A stretch of DNA of 62,918 nt. Source: a virus. Taxonomy: Duplodnaviria > Caudoviricetes. The DNA is taken from the IMG/VR virus record IMGVR_UViG_3300048848_000227, positions 1-62,918 of that record. One strand, written 5' to 3'. The notes under the pieces were generated by a model. The model was not told the DNA's origin. It worked only from the letters and a program-made list of their open reading frames with translations, and did not search any database. Both the position numbers and the translations under genes were made by a program. This document shows, piece after piece, positions 38,544 to 48,738 of the stretch (the stretch's first letter is position 1; every line of letters starts with the position of its first letter).

Positions 38544-38874
38544 AATGCGCCAGGTTGTGAACTTCCAGCGGCGCGCGGAGCTTGATGACGGGTATGGGAA
38601 CGAGGTTTCCGGCCCATTCGAAACCGTCTTTACTGACGCGGCCGAGTTCATCCCGCTCAAGGGCGGGGAAAGCGTGCTGGCTGCCCGCCTGACGGGGATT
38701 CAGCCGGTGGTCGTCCGAGTACGCAGCTCGATCGCTGCACGCGCTGTGGGGCCATCCTGGCAGATTGTGGATGCACGCTCTGGCGTGGTCTACGCGATCA
38801 CGGCGCCTCCGATGAATGCCGACCAGAAGAATGCCTACCTCGACATCATGGTAACGCAGGGCGTTGCCTCTTAG
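38530..38874 (+). CDS. Head closure / head-tail adaptor
   Basis: MTAGKMRQVVNFQ..DDGYG. Confidence 0.85.
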   Translation: MTAGKMRQVVNFQRRAELDDGYGNEVSGPFETVFTDAAEFIPLKGGESVLAARLTGIQPVVVRVRSSIAARAVGPSWQIVDARSGVVYAITAPPMNADQKNAYLDIMVTQGVAS

Positions 38875-38886
38875 GAGCGCAACAAG

Positions 38887-39378
38887 ATGGCCATGAAAGC
38901 GAAAGTGCAGGGGCGCGAGGCGCTCATGCGGCGGCTTAATGCGCTGGCGCCGAACGCTGAAAAGTACGCGGCGGAAGCGAAGCTTTCCATCATGGAAGAT
39001 TTCGCGGCCGAGATGGAGCAGAAGGCGCCAACCGGCGCTTCGCTCGAGTACATGCATTCGTTTGAGGCGGACTTCCTCCGCAATCAGCCAACGCAAAAAC
39101 AGGTTGGCATTCAGGCAACCAAAGACAAAGACGCGGTCGGCTTGTTCGCATCGTGGATTTGGAGATTCCTGGAATTTGGCACTGCGCCGCACAGCACCGC
39201 AAAAGGCGGCGGCACGGTCGCCGGCAAGAAATCCGCCGCGGCGGACCCGTCTGGGATGCACCCTGGCACTACGGCACAGCCGCATATCTTTCCTGCGTGG
39301 AGAGCTGCCAAGCCGCAAGCGAAGAAGCGATTGAGCGCCGCGATCAACAAGGCAGTTCGGGAGGCGATGAACAAATAA
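38887..39378 (+). CDS. HK97 gp10-family tail component
   Basis: FLEFGT, HPGTTAQPHIFPA. Confidence 0.88.
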   Translation: MAMKAKVQGREALMRRLNALAPNAEKYAAEAKLSIMEDFAAEMEQKAPTGASLEYMHSFEADFLRNQPTQKQVGIQATKDKDAVGLFASWIWRFLEFGTAPHSTAKGGGTVAGKKSAAADPSGMHPGTTAQPHIFPAWRAAKPQAKKRLSAAINKAVREAMNK

Positions 39379-39794
39379 TGGCCTCACCAGAACTTGAGAT
39401 CCAGGGCGAAGTCGTGCGGCTGCTGAAGGCGGACGCCGACGTTATGACGCTGGTCAACGGCGTCTACGATGACGTGCCCACAACGTGCTGGCCCCCCCCG
39501 AAGGAGGGGTTTATCGACATCGGCGACGCACATACGCTTCGGCAAGACGCGTCCTGTCTTGAGGGCGGCGACATCTACCTGACCATGCATGCGTGGTCGC
39601 GCAAGGTGGGCTTTCCCGCCGTTCGCGCAATCGCCGACGCAATGATCGAAGCGCTGCACATGGCTGCGCTTACCATGCCCACACATAGATTTATCTCGAT
39701 GATGCACCGCCAGACGCGCGTGTTTCGCGACCCCGATGGCAAAACGAGCCACGCGGTCGTCGAGTTTGTCGTGAGATACGACCGGGCCGCTTAA
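39378..39794 (+). CDS. Tail terminator (DUF3168-like)
   Basis: VYDDVP, HAWSR, RDPDGKTSHAV. Confidence 0.85.
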   Translation: MASPELEIQGEVVRLLKADADVMTLVNGVYDDVPTTCWPPPKEGFIDIGDAHTLRQDASCLEGGDIYLTMHAWSRKVGFPAVRAIADAMIEALHMAALTMPTHRFISMMHRQTRVFRDPDGKTSHAVVEFVVRYDRAA

Positions 39795-39869
39795 GCCGGC
39801 CATTCCCCAATCATCAATAGCACCACGACCGGCCATCTGCCGGTTTTTTCACATGAAGGAACCTATCAC

Positions 39870-40292
39870 ATGGCCCAGCAGCTTGGTCGCGAACTTTACA
39901 TTCAGTTGGGGGACGGCGCTACCCCGGAGGTCTTCACCAACCTTTGCGGTCTGAAGACGCGCAGCTTCAGCCTTTCGGCAAGCGAGATCGACACTACCAT
40001 TCCGTCCTGCACCAATCCCGGCGATGAAGTCCAGAAGACGTCCCGCCCCGGCATGGTCAACCGCACGTTCTCCGGTTCCGGCGCGTTCGTTTCGTCCGCT
40101 GCCATGACCGCTTTCATGGACAAGGTCATCAACGCGACCGTCTTCAATGCCAAGGTGCTTGCGCCAGGTCTCGGCATTTTTACAGGGCCTTTCTTCGTCA
40201 CGGATTTTGAGCTGTCTGGCGACATGGAGAACAACATGGAATTCAGCGCGACGTTCGTTCCGGGCGATGCCCTGACGTTCACCGCCGCCTGA
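39870..40292 (+). CDS. Major tail tube protein
   Basis: GDGATPEVFT, SGSG; position. Confidence 0.88.
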   Translation: MAQQLGRELYIQLGDGATPEVFTNLCGLKTRSFSLSASEIDTTIPSCTNPGDEVQKTSRPGMVNRTFSGSGAFVSSAAMTAFMDKVINATVFNAKVLAPGLGIFTGPFFVTDFELSGDMENNMEFSATFVPGDALTFTAA

Positions 40293-40315
40293 TCCAGCAA
40301 TAGAGGAGACATCAC

Positions 40316-40672
40316 ATGACAGCAGTGAACACCGCGCGCGGCGAAGTCGCGCTTACGATCGACGGCGTTGAGCTCGTTCTGGCGGCAAGCATGAACGGGC
40401 TTGCCGCCGTATCGTCCGCCCTGCAGTGCAAGTCCCTTGGGGACTTGTGGCAGCGGCTGGCGGGCGTCGAGATCGGCGCCACGCTTGCGGCAATCCAGTT
40501 CCTGACGATCAAGGGCGACAAGGCTGCGGCACTCGAGAAGATCCAACTTCGGCACTTCGCAGATTGCTCGGTCGCGTTCAACGCCATGATTGCGGCTCAC
40601 CTTGGCGAGGCCGAAGACGCGGGAAACGAAAGCGCCGTCGAGGAGCCAAAGACCAAGACGGCGAAGAAGTAA
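40316..40672 (+). CDS. Tail assembly chaperone (G-like)
   Basis: NTARGEV motif; between tail tube and tape measure; slippery GGGAAAC near the end. Confidence 0.8.
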   Translation: MTAVNTARGEVALTIDGVELVLAASMNGLAAVSSALQCKSLGDLWQRLAGVEIGATLAAIQFLTIKGDKAAALEKIQLRHFADCSVAFNAMIAAHLGEAEDAGNESAVEEPKTKTAKK

Positions 40673-40866
40673 CCCCCGACAGGCAGCTTAGGCAATGGCT
40701 CCGGACAGCTCACAAGATAGGTTGGCGCCCTCCTGAATTTTGGGCGTCAACGCTCGTTGAGTTCTTCGAGTCCATTGAGGCGCACAACGAGTCAGAAGGC
40801 GACGAAGAGCCGGAAGGCCTGTCGCAAGAGGCTGTTGCAGCGGCGTTCGCGAAGATGGGCGGCTAG
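40621..40866 (+). CDS. Tail chaperone -1 frameshift extension (T-like)
   Basis: Open -1 frame with IGWRPPEFWASTLVEF. Confidence 0.7.
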   Translation, partial: GKRKRRRGAKDQDGEEVTPDRQLRQWLRTAHKIGWRPPEFWASTLVEFFESIEAHNESEGDEEPEGLSQEAVAAAFAKMGG

Positions 40867-41162
40867 TTGTCCACCGCAACGCCAAGCGCCTCCATCCGCC
40901 TCTTCCAAGATGCGGACTCCGGGCCGTTGCGACGGATGCAGGAGGCTACGATCGCCTTATGGTCTGAAAAACTACCAGCCAGCCTATTACCTGATCCTAA
41001 TTTGTAGGATGCGATCACGTCAATCGACGCCTCGCATTGCTCTTGCTGCTCCGCGACGATCTTCTCTTGTGCTTCCGCGTTCTCCTTGATCGCGTAGTAG
41101 CCACCTCCGGCAATTATCACGACGCACGCCACGGCGATCAGCGCCTTAAGCCAGCCATCCAT
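40863..41162 (-). CDS. Membrane-anchored moron-like protein
   Basis: Opposite strand inside the tail operon; N-terminal TM helix; GGAGG RBS. Confidence 0.7.
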   Translation of the reverse strand: MDGWLKALIAVACVVIIAGGGYYAIKENAEAQEKIVAEQQEQCEASIDVIASYKLGSGNRLAGSFSDHKAIVASCIRRNGPESASWKRRMEALGVAVDN

Positions 41163-41176
41163 TCCCCACCTCCAGG

Positions 41177-41200
41177 GCCCGCAAATCCTGCGGGCTTTTT
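41177..41200 (+). terminator. Intrinsic terminator-like hairpin
   Basis: GCCCGCA-AATCC-TGCGGGC-TTTTT. Confidence 0.6.
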
Positions 41201-41221
41201 CGTATGCTAGGACAGTTGCCG

Positions 41222-44200
41222 ATGGCTGACAAATCCGATGACCTGATCATCTCGATTAGCACGGACCTGGCCACGGTGCGCCGAAGCCTGAAGAGGCTTG
41301 AGGCCGATATTGCCGCGTCGTCCAGCAAGGTCGAAAAGCAGTTCGACACCATGGGCAAGGGCATCGACAAGTCGATGACCACAGCTCTGCAGACCCGCAT
41401 CGACAAGATGGTCGGTATCGGGACGCAGGGCGCCAAGGAATGGACGGGCGCGCTTGCCGATCAGGGCAAGGAGCTCGAACGCCTGCGGGCGAAATACAAT
41501 CCGCTGTTTTCGACGATCGACAACTACAAGAAGTCGGTTGCGGATATCAAGCGCGCGCACGCCGTCGGCGCTATCTCTGCAAACGAGATGACGGCAGCCA
41601 TTACAAAGGAGCGGCAGGCTGCTCTGGCTTCGACCGCGGCCATCAAGGGCCGCAATGCGGCTTTGGCCGATACGCCGTCGGGACATAGCGCGGGGGCGGA
41701 TCAGTCAAGAAAACAGGTGCTGGGCTACCAGGCATTTGATATCGGGCAGGGCGTAGCGTCCGGCATGCCGCTTGGCATGATTGCCGCACAGCAGGGCCCG
41801 CAGATTGCGCAGATGTATGCCGGCGCTGGCGGCCTGAAGACCGCTCTTGGTGACGTGGCAACGATTGCAACTGGCGTTGTTAGCACATTCGGTGCGATGC
41901 CTCTGGCAATCGCTGCAGCCGCAGCCGCGGCTATCGGCTTTTCCAAGCTGTCGACATCTGGCGCCAAGACGGCAGAGGATGCCATCAAGAGCCAATCCGA
42001 GGCGATTGCCGGCATCAAAGATGCGTATGGCATTGCCGCCGAGGGACTTGGCGACTACGTCAAGAAAAGCCAGGCGGAAGCCAGCGCGGCGGCGCGAGCC
42101 AACCTTAAGGTTCAACAGGACGTCGCCAAGGATGAGGCGTCCAGCTTCAGCAAGACTATCGGTGTTCTTGGTGCCCGCACGGGCGGCGCGTCTGACATTC
42201 AGACGAAGTTTCAGCCGTTCGCGGCCGCAATTCGCGAATGGAGAAAGTCGGTAGCTGAAGGCACGCCCGATTTCGTGCGTTTCCGTTCCCAGATAGAAGC
42301 CATCGTCGCACTTAACCCTGACGGCCTGAGAAAGTTTGGAGACGAGCTCCTTAATAACTCCACGGCCGCTGCTGACGCAGAGCGTAGAGTAAAAACTGCG
42401 AAAGACGTGATTGCGGGCCTTGGCGCCATAGCGGCCGGGCAGGTTGGTGACATTGCGTCCTTGAAAGACGCTCTCAACGAACTATCCCAGATCGCGATTC
42501 CAGCCCTTAACGATTCTGAGCGTGCACTGAAGGCGCTTCAGGGCGCGATGGGCGCAGCGGGCGGGTCAGAAGATCGACGCGCCGCGACGGCGCAGTATGA
42601 GGCTGCGCTGCAGCGCATTTCGGATCAGAACCCAACGGTCACTAACCCCCAGGGTGTTACCGTCCCTGTTCCTGTCCCAGGCCAGAAGCCATCCACGCTC
42701 GATGAAGCGCCAGACGCCTCCATCAAAAAAGCCGAAACGGCCGCCCAAAAAGCAGCAAATGCCTACCGCGACCTGATCAAGTCTGCCGACGATCGCATCG
42801 AACAGATGCGCCTCGAGCTCGAGATTACCGGGCAGTATGGCACGGCGACAGACGCAGCCCGTTTTCGGCTTCAACTGCTGCAGGATGCGCAGGACAAGGG
42901 CCGGACGATCGGCGACAAAGAGCGCGCCGACATCGAGACGCGCGTTGCGGCTTATGCCGGCTACTCCGAAGCGCTGGCCAAGGCCAAGCTTCAGCAGGAT
43001 CTGCTGACAGACGCCCGCATGCGCGGCATGTCAGCGCAGGACCAGAAGATCGTACAGATGCAGCGCCAGTATGGCCTGCAGGAAGATCCGAATAGCGCAA
43101 CCGGGCAGGCGATCGCCAAGTCGCTGCAGCTTGACGAAATCAAGTCGGCGTCCGACCAGTTCATTGACAATTTGAGTGGTGCGCTCCTTAGCGGCGGCGG
43201 GGATATCGGCGAAAAGCTCGGTCAGCTCATTCTGTCGGAATTACTGAGCTCGGCGCAAAAGCAGATTTCCGGCATCCTGAAGCAGTTGTTTTCGGCGATG
43301 CTGCCGGGTGGCGGTGCGCCAAGCGCGGCGGGTGCTGTTGCGAGTGCTGCCAGCGGCTTTCAGTCCTACGCGGCTCCGGTTGGGGCGGTCACGCGCGAGG
43401 CTCTTCCGCCTCCAGGCGCAACGACGGATATTGCAGCATACATCGCCAAGGCGGCCTCAGCCCGCGGCATTGATCCGAGCGTCGCACTCCGCGTTGCAAA
43501 GTCTGAAGGCGGGCTGGACAGCTGGAACCTGCAGTCCGGCGTCATGAAGAATGGCATCCGCGAGCAGTCCTACGGGCCGTTTCAGCTCTACAAGGGCGGC
43601 GGACTTGGCAACGTCTTCCAAAAGAAGACGGGCCTTGACCCCGCAATGGCATCCAGCGGCCCGGCCGGCGTCGATTTCGCACTCGATCACGCCAAGCAGA
43701 ATGGCTGGGGCTCTTGGTATGGCGCGAAGAACAGCGGTATCGGGAATTTCGACGGCATCAATGCAGGTTCGAAGTCTGCGTCTGCCGCTCTCGAAAAGCT
43801 TGCTGGCGCCTCAACCGAAAGCACCAAAGGTTTAAGCAGCCTAGCATCCAGCCTTGCTGGAGGTGCAGGCGGCGCCGCTGGAGCTGCAGGCAACCTCATT
43901 GGTGGCTTTGATTGGTCGAAGCTATTGAGCTCGTCGTTCACGCCAAACACAACGCTCAGCGCTGTTCTAGGCCTGGCAAGCGGCGGCCGTGTTGTCGGCC
44001 CTGGTAGCGGCACAAGCGACAGCATCCCCGCGATGTTGTCCAACGGCGAACACGTCACTCGTGCCGCCATGGTGAAGAAGCACGGGGCGCTTCTGGACGC
44101 GATCAACTCCGATAGGATCCCGCGTTTTGCCGTGGGTGGTTTTGCCACTCTCAACGGCCACGCGCCACGCGCGCCAAGCCTTAGCCGACGCCAGTCCATG

Positions 44201-44380
44201 TATGCCGCCAAGCCCGCCTCACAGGACATCTTCGTCACGGTGAACGGCGCTTCCGGCGACACGCACATCCGCGAATTGACCCGGCAGGGCGTGCAGGAAG
44301 CAATGGCTGCCGATCGTGTTGCCCAGCAGCGCGGCGGCTTTGGTGCATTGCAAGGCAAGTTCGCCAGCCAGAAAGGCTAA
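41222..44380 (+). CDS. Tape measure protein with a lytic transglycosylase-like domain
   Basis: ~1050 aa, Ala-rich; QQGPQI; GIDPSVALRVAKSEGG..GPFQL; GPGSGTSDSIPAMLSNGE. Confidence 0.93.
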   Translation: MADKSDDLIISISTDLATVRRSLKRLEADIAASSSKVEKQFDTMGKGIDKSMTTALQTRIDKMVGIGTQGAKEWTGALADQGKELERLRAKYNPLFSTIDNYKKSVADIKRAHAVGAISANEMTAAITKERQAALASTAAIKGRNAALADTPSGHSAGADQSRKQVLGYQAFDIGQGVASGMPLGMIAAQQGPQIAQMYAGAGGLKTALGDVATIATGVVSTFGAMPLAIAAAAAAAIGFSKLSTSGAKTAEDAIKSQSEAIAGIKDAYGIAAEGLGDYVKKSQAEASAAARANLKVQQDVAKDEASSFSKTIGVLGARTGGASDIQTKFQPFAAAIREWRKSVAEGTPDFVRFRSQIEAIVALNPDGLRKFGDELLNNSTAAADAERRVKTAKDVIAGLGAIAAGQVGDIASLKDALNELSQIAIPALNDSERALKALQGAMGAAGGSEDRRAATAQYEAALQRISDQNPTVTNPQGVTVPVPVPGQKPSTLDEAPDASIKKAETAAQKAANAYRDLIKSADDRIEQMRLELEITGQYGTATDAARFRLQLLQDAQDKGRTIGDKERADIETRVAAYAGYSEALAKAKLQQDLLTDARMRGMSAQDQKIVQMQRQYGLQEDPNSATGQAIAKSLQLDEIKSASDQFIDNLSGALLSGGGDIGEKLGQLILSELLSSAQKQISGILKQLFSAMLPGGGAPSAAGAVASAASGFQSYAAPVGAVTREALPPPGATTDIAAYIAKAASARGIDPSVALRVAKSEGGLDSWNLQSGVMKNGIREQSYGPFQLYKGGGLGNVFQKKTGLDPAMASSGPAGVDFALDHAKQNGWGSWYGAKNSGIGNFDGINAGSKSASAALEKLAGASTESTKGLSSLASSLAGGAGGAAGAAGNLIGGFDWSKLLSSSFTPNTTLSAVLGLASGGRVVGPGSGTSDSIPAMLSNGEHVTRAAMVKKHGALLDAINSDRIPRFAVGGFATLNGHAPRAPSLSRRQSMYAAKPASQDIFVTVNGASGDTHIRELTRQGVQEAMAADRVAQQRGGFGALQGKFASQKG

Positions 44381-44383
44381 AAG

Positions 44384-45130
44384 ATGGCCCGATATCTAAA
44401 CGTGCCCACTCTCGAGGCCAACTTTCTGGCGCCAGTAAAGACCACGTTCGACGTCCAGGGGTCATCCCTGGACGGCGGGCGGAACGGCCTTGGCGAAGGC
44501 ATCACCATCGAAATGACAGGGGGCGGCATCGTCACCGCCACTTATGAAGACTGCAAGATCAAGGACAAAGAGCAGTACCGCTACATCAACCAGCTCGGTG
44601 CGCGACTGAACGGCTCTTTCCGGTTCATCAACGTCCCGATCATCACGGACTGGTTCGGCCCGTTTCCCACTCTTGGCGGCCTGCCTGCGCCTATTGCCAG
44701 CGGCATTACACATTCGGACGGCTCGTTCTTTTCCGACGCCTCCGGCTACAGCCAGGCGACCGTATGGGGCGAGGTGACTGAAGCGGCCGCCTTGAATGCC
44801 GGCATTATCAAGATGAAGATTTACGGCATGCCGCGGCGGCTGGACTGGTCGGAATGGTTTTCGATCTATCACCCGACGAAGGGGTGGCGGGCCTATCGCT
44901 TTTGGGATGTGGTCGAGGAGTTCATCAACGGCGGCGATAGTGCCGGGTCATATCAGGAATACCGCCTTGCGATCGGCCCTGCGCTGCGCGAAGCCGCGCC
45001 TGTCGGCACGCGCGTCGAGTTCGCGCGCCCTCGCTTTGTAGCCAAGTTTCCCGCAGGATTTACCCTGCCGTCCGTGGTTGAGGCGTTCTTCGTCACGCAG
45101 CAGTCCATCCAGTTCACCGAGGCGTTTTGA
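44384..45130 (+). CDS. Distal tail protein (putative)
   Basis: Follows the tape measure gene; ends FTEAF. Confidence 0.7.
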   Translation: MARYLNVPTLEANFLAPVKTTFDVQGSSLDGGRNGLGEGITIEMTGGGIVTATYEDCKIKDKEQYRYINQLGARLNGSFRFINVPIITDWFGPFPTLGGLPAPIASGITHSDGSFFSDASGYSQATVWGEVTEAAALNAGIIKMKIYGMPRRLDWSEWFSIYHPTKGWRAYRFWDVVEEFINGGDSAGSYQEYRLAIGPALREAAPVGTRVEFARPRFVAKFPAGFTLPSVVEAFFVTQQSIQFTEAF

Positions 45131-45363
45131 TGACCAGCTATGTAAGCCGAGAAGAATTTGACCGGATGTCTGGGCGCCTTGCGCAGATCGAGAAGCGTTA
45201 TGGCGGGCAGTCGGCTGTGTCCACGGTTGTCACCGTGACATCAGAAGTCGGAGAGATCCGCGTCAAGGAAATCGTACAGCAGAACGTCGACAAAGCACTC
45301 GTGCAGATGAGGCGCGGCGGTTTCAGCACCATGCAAAACCGGCACGATAGCCGGCGGGGTTAA
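45127..45363 (+). CDS. Small protein resembling the tape measure C-terminus
   Basis: VTVT..G..VKEIVQQNV..A..RGGF..Q aligns by eye to the TMP end. Confidence 0.6.
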   Translation: MMTSYVSREEFDRMSGRLAQIEKRYGGQSAVSTVVTVTSEVGEIRVKEIVQQNVDKALVQMRRGGFSTMQNRHDSRRG

Positions 45364-45365
45364 CG

Positions 45366-45968
45366 ATGGGCTGGGTACCAGACAACATCATCGAGGAGCT
45401 GCGCGGCAGCCACCAGCTCGGCATCTTTATGCGGGTTGCCACGGATCCGGCGCTTCACCTCTGGTTCGGCGTCAACGACATGCCCGTCGGGTTCGACAGC
45501 ATCGACCCGGACGGCACGGTGTATCTTGGCGGCGGCAGGCTTCAGGGCATCCCGACGCTCGAGATCCTTGTGAACGGCACGTCGGACAGCGTCGAGTTCA
45601 CCGTCTCGGGCATTGATCCGGATGCCGGCGCAAGGATGATCGACAGCCTTCCGCCCGTCCGCGGCGCTGAAGTCCACATGGGCATTACGACGCTCGATCA
45701 GTATTTCCAGCCCATGAGCAAGATCATTCCGCTTTGGTGCGGGACTGCGTCGCACATCGGCGAGTCCAGTGCCGCGGTGCAGTCTGGGCAGGGCGCGAGC
45801 CTGACGCTCTCGCTGGCGGTTGCCGCCGGCAATGAGACGCGGTCGCGGCCTTCGCGGTCGCTTTGGTCGAGTGCGCATCAAAAGGCGATCTACCCAACCG
45901 ACAAGTTTTGCGACGGCACAGCCCGTCTCGCACGCGGCGTCCAGCCGGTCTGGCCGCAGTACGATTAG
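45366..45968 (+). CDS. Tail tip / hub protein
   Basis: GTVYLGGG, YPTDKFC; position. Confidence 0.75.
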   Translation: MGWVPDNIIEELRGSHQLGIFMRVATDPALHLWFGVNDMPVGFDSIDPDGTVYLGGGRLQGIPTLEILVNGTSDSVEFTVSGIDPDAGARMIDSLPPVRGAEVHMGITTLDQYFQPMSKIIPLWCGTASHIGESSAAVQSGQGASLTLSLAVAAGNETRSRPSRSLWSSAHQKAIYPTDKFCDGTARLARGVQPVWPQYD

Positions 45969-46006
45969 CGGGCCAACGCCCGCACCAACGCCCGCGAGGG
46001 GACATC

Positions 46007-46423
46007 ATGACATTGCTGACGGAATACGCGGCCCTCCCGCACCGATGGGTGTGGGGCGGCATGGGCGGTCACGACTGCACGACTTTTTGCGCGCGGTGGA
46101 TTGAGGTGGCGACGGGAAAGAATCCGATCTCTCATTTTATCGGCACCTACTCCACGAGGGAAGAAGCTGCCGCGATCATTGAGTCGCTCGGCGGCATCGA
46201 GCGCATGATCGACGAAGGGCTCGCGCGGGCGGGCTTTGCCCGTACGAGCGCTCCGCAATCCGGCGACATCGGCCTGATTACCGCGCCCGTCGGCTTTGAT
46301 GCCACCTGCGTCAGCCAGAAGAAAATCCCCGCAATCCGCTTCGGCCCCTTGTGGCTAGCGATGTCGGCCCGCGGCTCCGTTGCGAAGCAGGCGGACCACA
46401 GCGCCGCCTGGAGAATTGTATGA
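46007..46423 (+). CDS. NlpC/P60-like tail assembly protein
   Basis: WG..HDCTTF..GDIG. Confidence 0.78.
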   Translation: MTLLTEYAALPHRWVWGGMGGHDCTTFCARWIEVATGKNPISHFIGTYSTREEAAAIIESLGGIERMIDEGLARAGFARTSAPQSGDIGLITAPVGFDATCVSQKKIPAIRFGPLWLAMSARGSVAKQADHSAAWRIV

Positions 46424-48657
46424 GCTTGCGCGCGCGATATGAGGACATGCCGTCCTATGAGATTTCCAGGCGCGTTACCGAGATGGACTGGCATTCGACG
46501 ACCAGCCTAAAGACCCCGCCGCCGTCTTACGATCCGATCTTTACGCCGCTCTTTATTGCCGCCGGCTTCACCGGCACCATCACGATTGGCACCGTGACAA
46601 TCACGACGGCGTCCATCGCGTCGGCGATCGCCACCACGGCACTGACCTTTGGCCTGCAGATGCTGATGGCGCCAAAGCCTCCGAAGCCGGAGGACGGCAA
46701 GGCACCAAAGACGCAGGTTGTGCCGTATCGCCAGTGGTGCGTCGGCACGAACCGGCTTTCCGGAGCGTTCATGCTGTGGGAGTCGATCGGCAACAAGCTA
46801 TTCGCAGTTCAGGCCGTCGCCGGCCATCCTGTTTCGGCGTTCAAGCGGTTTTGGCTGCATGACGACGTGGTCGAGCTTGCTGAGCTCGACAGCCTTGGCC
46901 AGCGGATGGGCGACAGCAATCCCTACGCAGATGGCGTCTATATCTTCAGGCGCCTCGGCTCCGAAAGCTTGGCCGCCCTTCCGTACCAGAACATCATTGA
47001 CCGCTTTGCAGAAAAGCCGCTTGCCGAAAGGCTGTGGACGTCTGAGCACCTTGGCATCGGCCAAGCCTCCATGGCCATGATCGCTCGCGCGACGAAGGCC
47101 ACCAAGCAGCAGCAGCGCTTTCCTTACGGCGTTCCCAACCTGACGGCAGAGGTTGACGGCGCCAAGTGCTGGGATTTCCGTAATCCCGCGCAGAGCCCCG
47201 CGAACCCGGCGACGTGGACGTTCACCAAGAACTCCGCTCTCATTCTGGCCTGGCATCTCTGCTTCAGCGAGTTCGGTGAGCGCGTCGATTACACCAAGGC
47301 CATCCTTCCGGTCATCGATATGTGGAAGGAAGAGGCAGACATCTGCGACGAAGCTGTCCCGCTGAAAGGCGGCGGAACTGAGAAGCGGTATGAGTGCAAT
47401 GGCTGGGACACCGCTGAGAACAGCCCGAAGGCTGCGCTTAATGCGATCCTGGCGACCTGCGACGGTCATTTGGTCGTTCGCGGGGATGGCGCCAGAATCC
47501 TTACCGTCGGCAAGTTCCGCGAAAGCCGCTGCTCGACTTTGTCGGACGCCGACATCATCGGGCATTCCATCCAGTACGACGTCCTGTTTGAGGACGAGGT
47601 CAACCGGCTTATTCCGAAGTTCACCTATCCTGCGATCGACTATGCGACGGCTGACACGGACTATTTCGAGGACACAGCCGCGCAGCTGAAGGCTGGTCGA
47701 GTTCTTCCGCAAGAGGCAGAATACACGTGGGTCCAGCAGTGGCGTCAGGCGCGGCGCCTCGCTAAGCGCGAATGGCTGCGGATCCAGCAGAAAGTAAACG
47801 GCTCGATTGATATTCGGCACTCGGGAATCAATGCGGCCTACAGTCGTTGGGTAAGGCTGGCGACTCCTTTCCTCATTCCCAAGCTGAACGGCACGGTCGT
47901 GGAGAATAGGCGTTCGGTCCTGGCTCTCACCAAGGGCGGCTTTTCCATGGATATCAAGGCGCATCCGGAGAACATCGATTTCTGGTCGCCCACCACTGAC
48001 GAGGGAACGCAACCGCCTATTCCGCCAAAGCAGAACAAGGACGGCTTGGCGACGCCTGTTATCAACTTGGTGCAGGCCAAGTCGAATGGATCTAGCGTCT
48101 ACATCCGGGTCGACATCATCGACCCTGACGACGACAGCTTGATTCCCTTGACGAGATACAGGCTTGCCGACGACGGCTCCGGCAACCCCGGAGAATGGAT
48201 CGAGCAAGAGTTCCCCGACGTGGTCCCGGCAGGCGGGTTCATCAAGATGAACACGAACGTCGTGCCGTCCGGTAAAGTCATTGATATACAGGTGGCCTAC
48301 AAGACGTCCAAGAACACGGGCGACTGGTCGCTAACCGCAACAGTCACCTCTACGGTCGATACGACCGCTCCAGCGTCGCCCACCAATCTGTCATTCTCTT
48401 CCCCGAACTTCTCGGCCAAAGCAGCCAACACGACTTCGTCGCAAGGCCGCACCGTCTATCTGACGTTCAAAGTTGGGACGACAGCGCAAACCTTCGCAGC
48501 GGCAACGCTTATCGACAAGCTTGCTGCATCGCCTGGCGATGTTCGCACAGTTCAACCGGCGTCCGCAGCCGGGGCAATTCGTCGCCTCTGGGTCCAGGCT
48601 GAGAATAGCTCGGGTATCGTCAGTTCGGAAGTTTTCATTGACGTTGCCGTGCCCTGA
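46420..48657 (+). CDS. Tail tip / host specificity protein
   Basis: GVPN, GAKCWDFR, ADICDE, RYECNG. Confidence 0.82.
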   Translation: MSLRARYEDMPSYEISRRVTEMDWHSTTSLKTPPPSYDPIFTPLFIAAGFTGTITIGTVTITTASIASAIATTALTFGLQMLMAPKPPKPEDGKAPKTQVVPYRQWCVGTNRLSGAFMLWESIGNKLFAVQAVAGHPVSAFKRFWLHDDVVELAELDSLGQRMGDSNPYADGVYIFRRLGSESLAALPYQNIIDRFAEKPLAERLWTSEHLGIGQASMAMIARATKATKQQQRFPYGVPNLTAEVDGAKCWDFRNPAQSPANPATWTFTKNSALILAWHLCFSEFGERVDYTKAILPVIDMWKEEADICDEAVPLKGGGTEKRYECNGWDTAENSPKAALNAILATCDGHLVVRGDGARILTVGKFRESRCSTLSDADIIGHSIQYDVLFEDEVNRLIPKFTYPAIDYATADTDYFEDTAAQLKAGRVLPQEAEYTWVQQWRQARRLAKREWLRIQQKVNGSIDIRHSGINAAYSRWVRLATPFLIPKLNGTVVENRRSVLALTKGGFSMDIKAHPENIDFWSPTTDEGTQPPIPPKQNKDGLATPVINLVQAKSNGSSVYIRVDIIDPDDDSLIPLTRYRLADDGSGNPGEWIEQEFPDVVPAGGFIKMNTNVVPSGKVIDIQVAYKTSKNTGDWSLTATVTSTVDTTAPASPTNLSFSSPNFSAKAANTTSSQGRTVYLTFKVGTTAQTFAAATLIDKLAASPGDVRTVQPASAAGAIRRLWVQAENSSGIVSSEVFIDVAVP

Positions 48658-48738
48658 TCGGGCACGACAGCGGCCCCTTCCTATCACATCTACTGCACCC
48701 TGCCTCTGGCGGGTCGCTTCCGCATGGAGAACAGCCGC

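Noticed and set aside
33336-48207. Long antisense ORFs (33336-34859, 38452-39387, 46798-48207 and similar)
   Set aside because: Shadow frames of high-GC genes with clear products on the + strand
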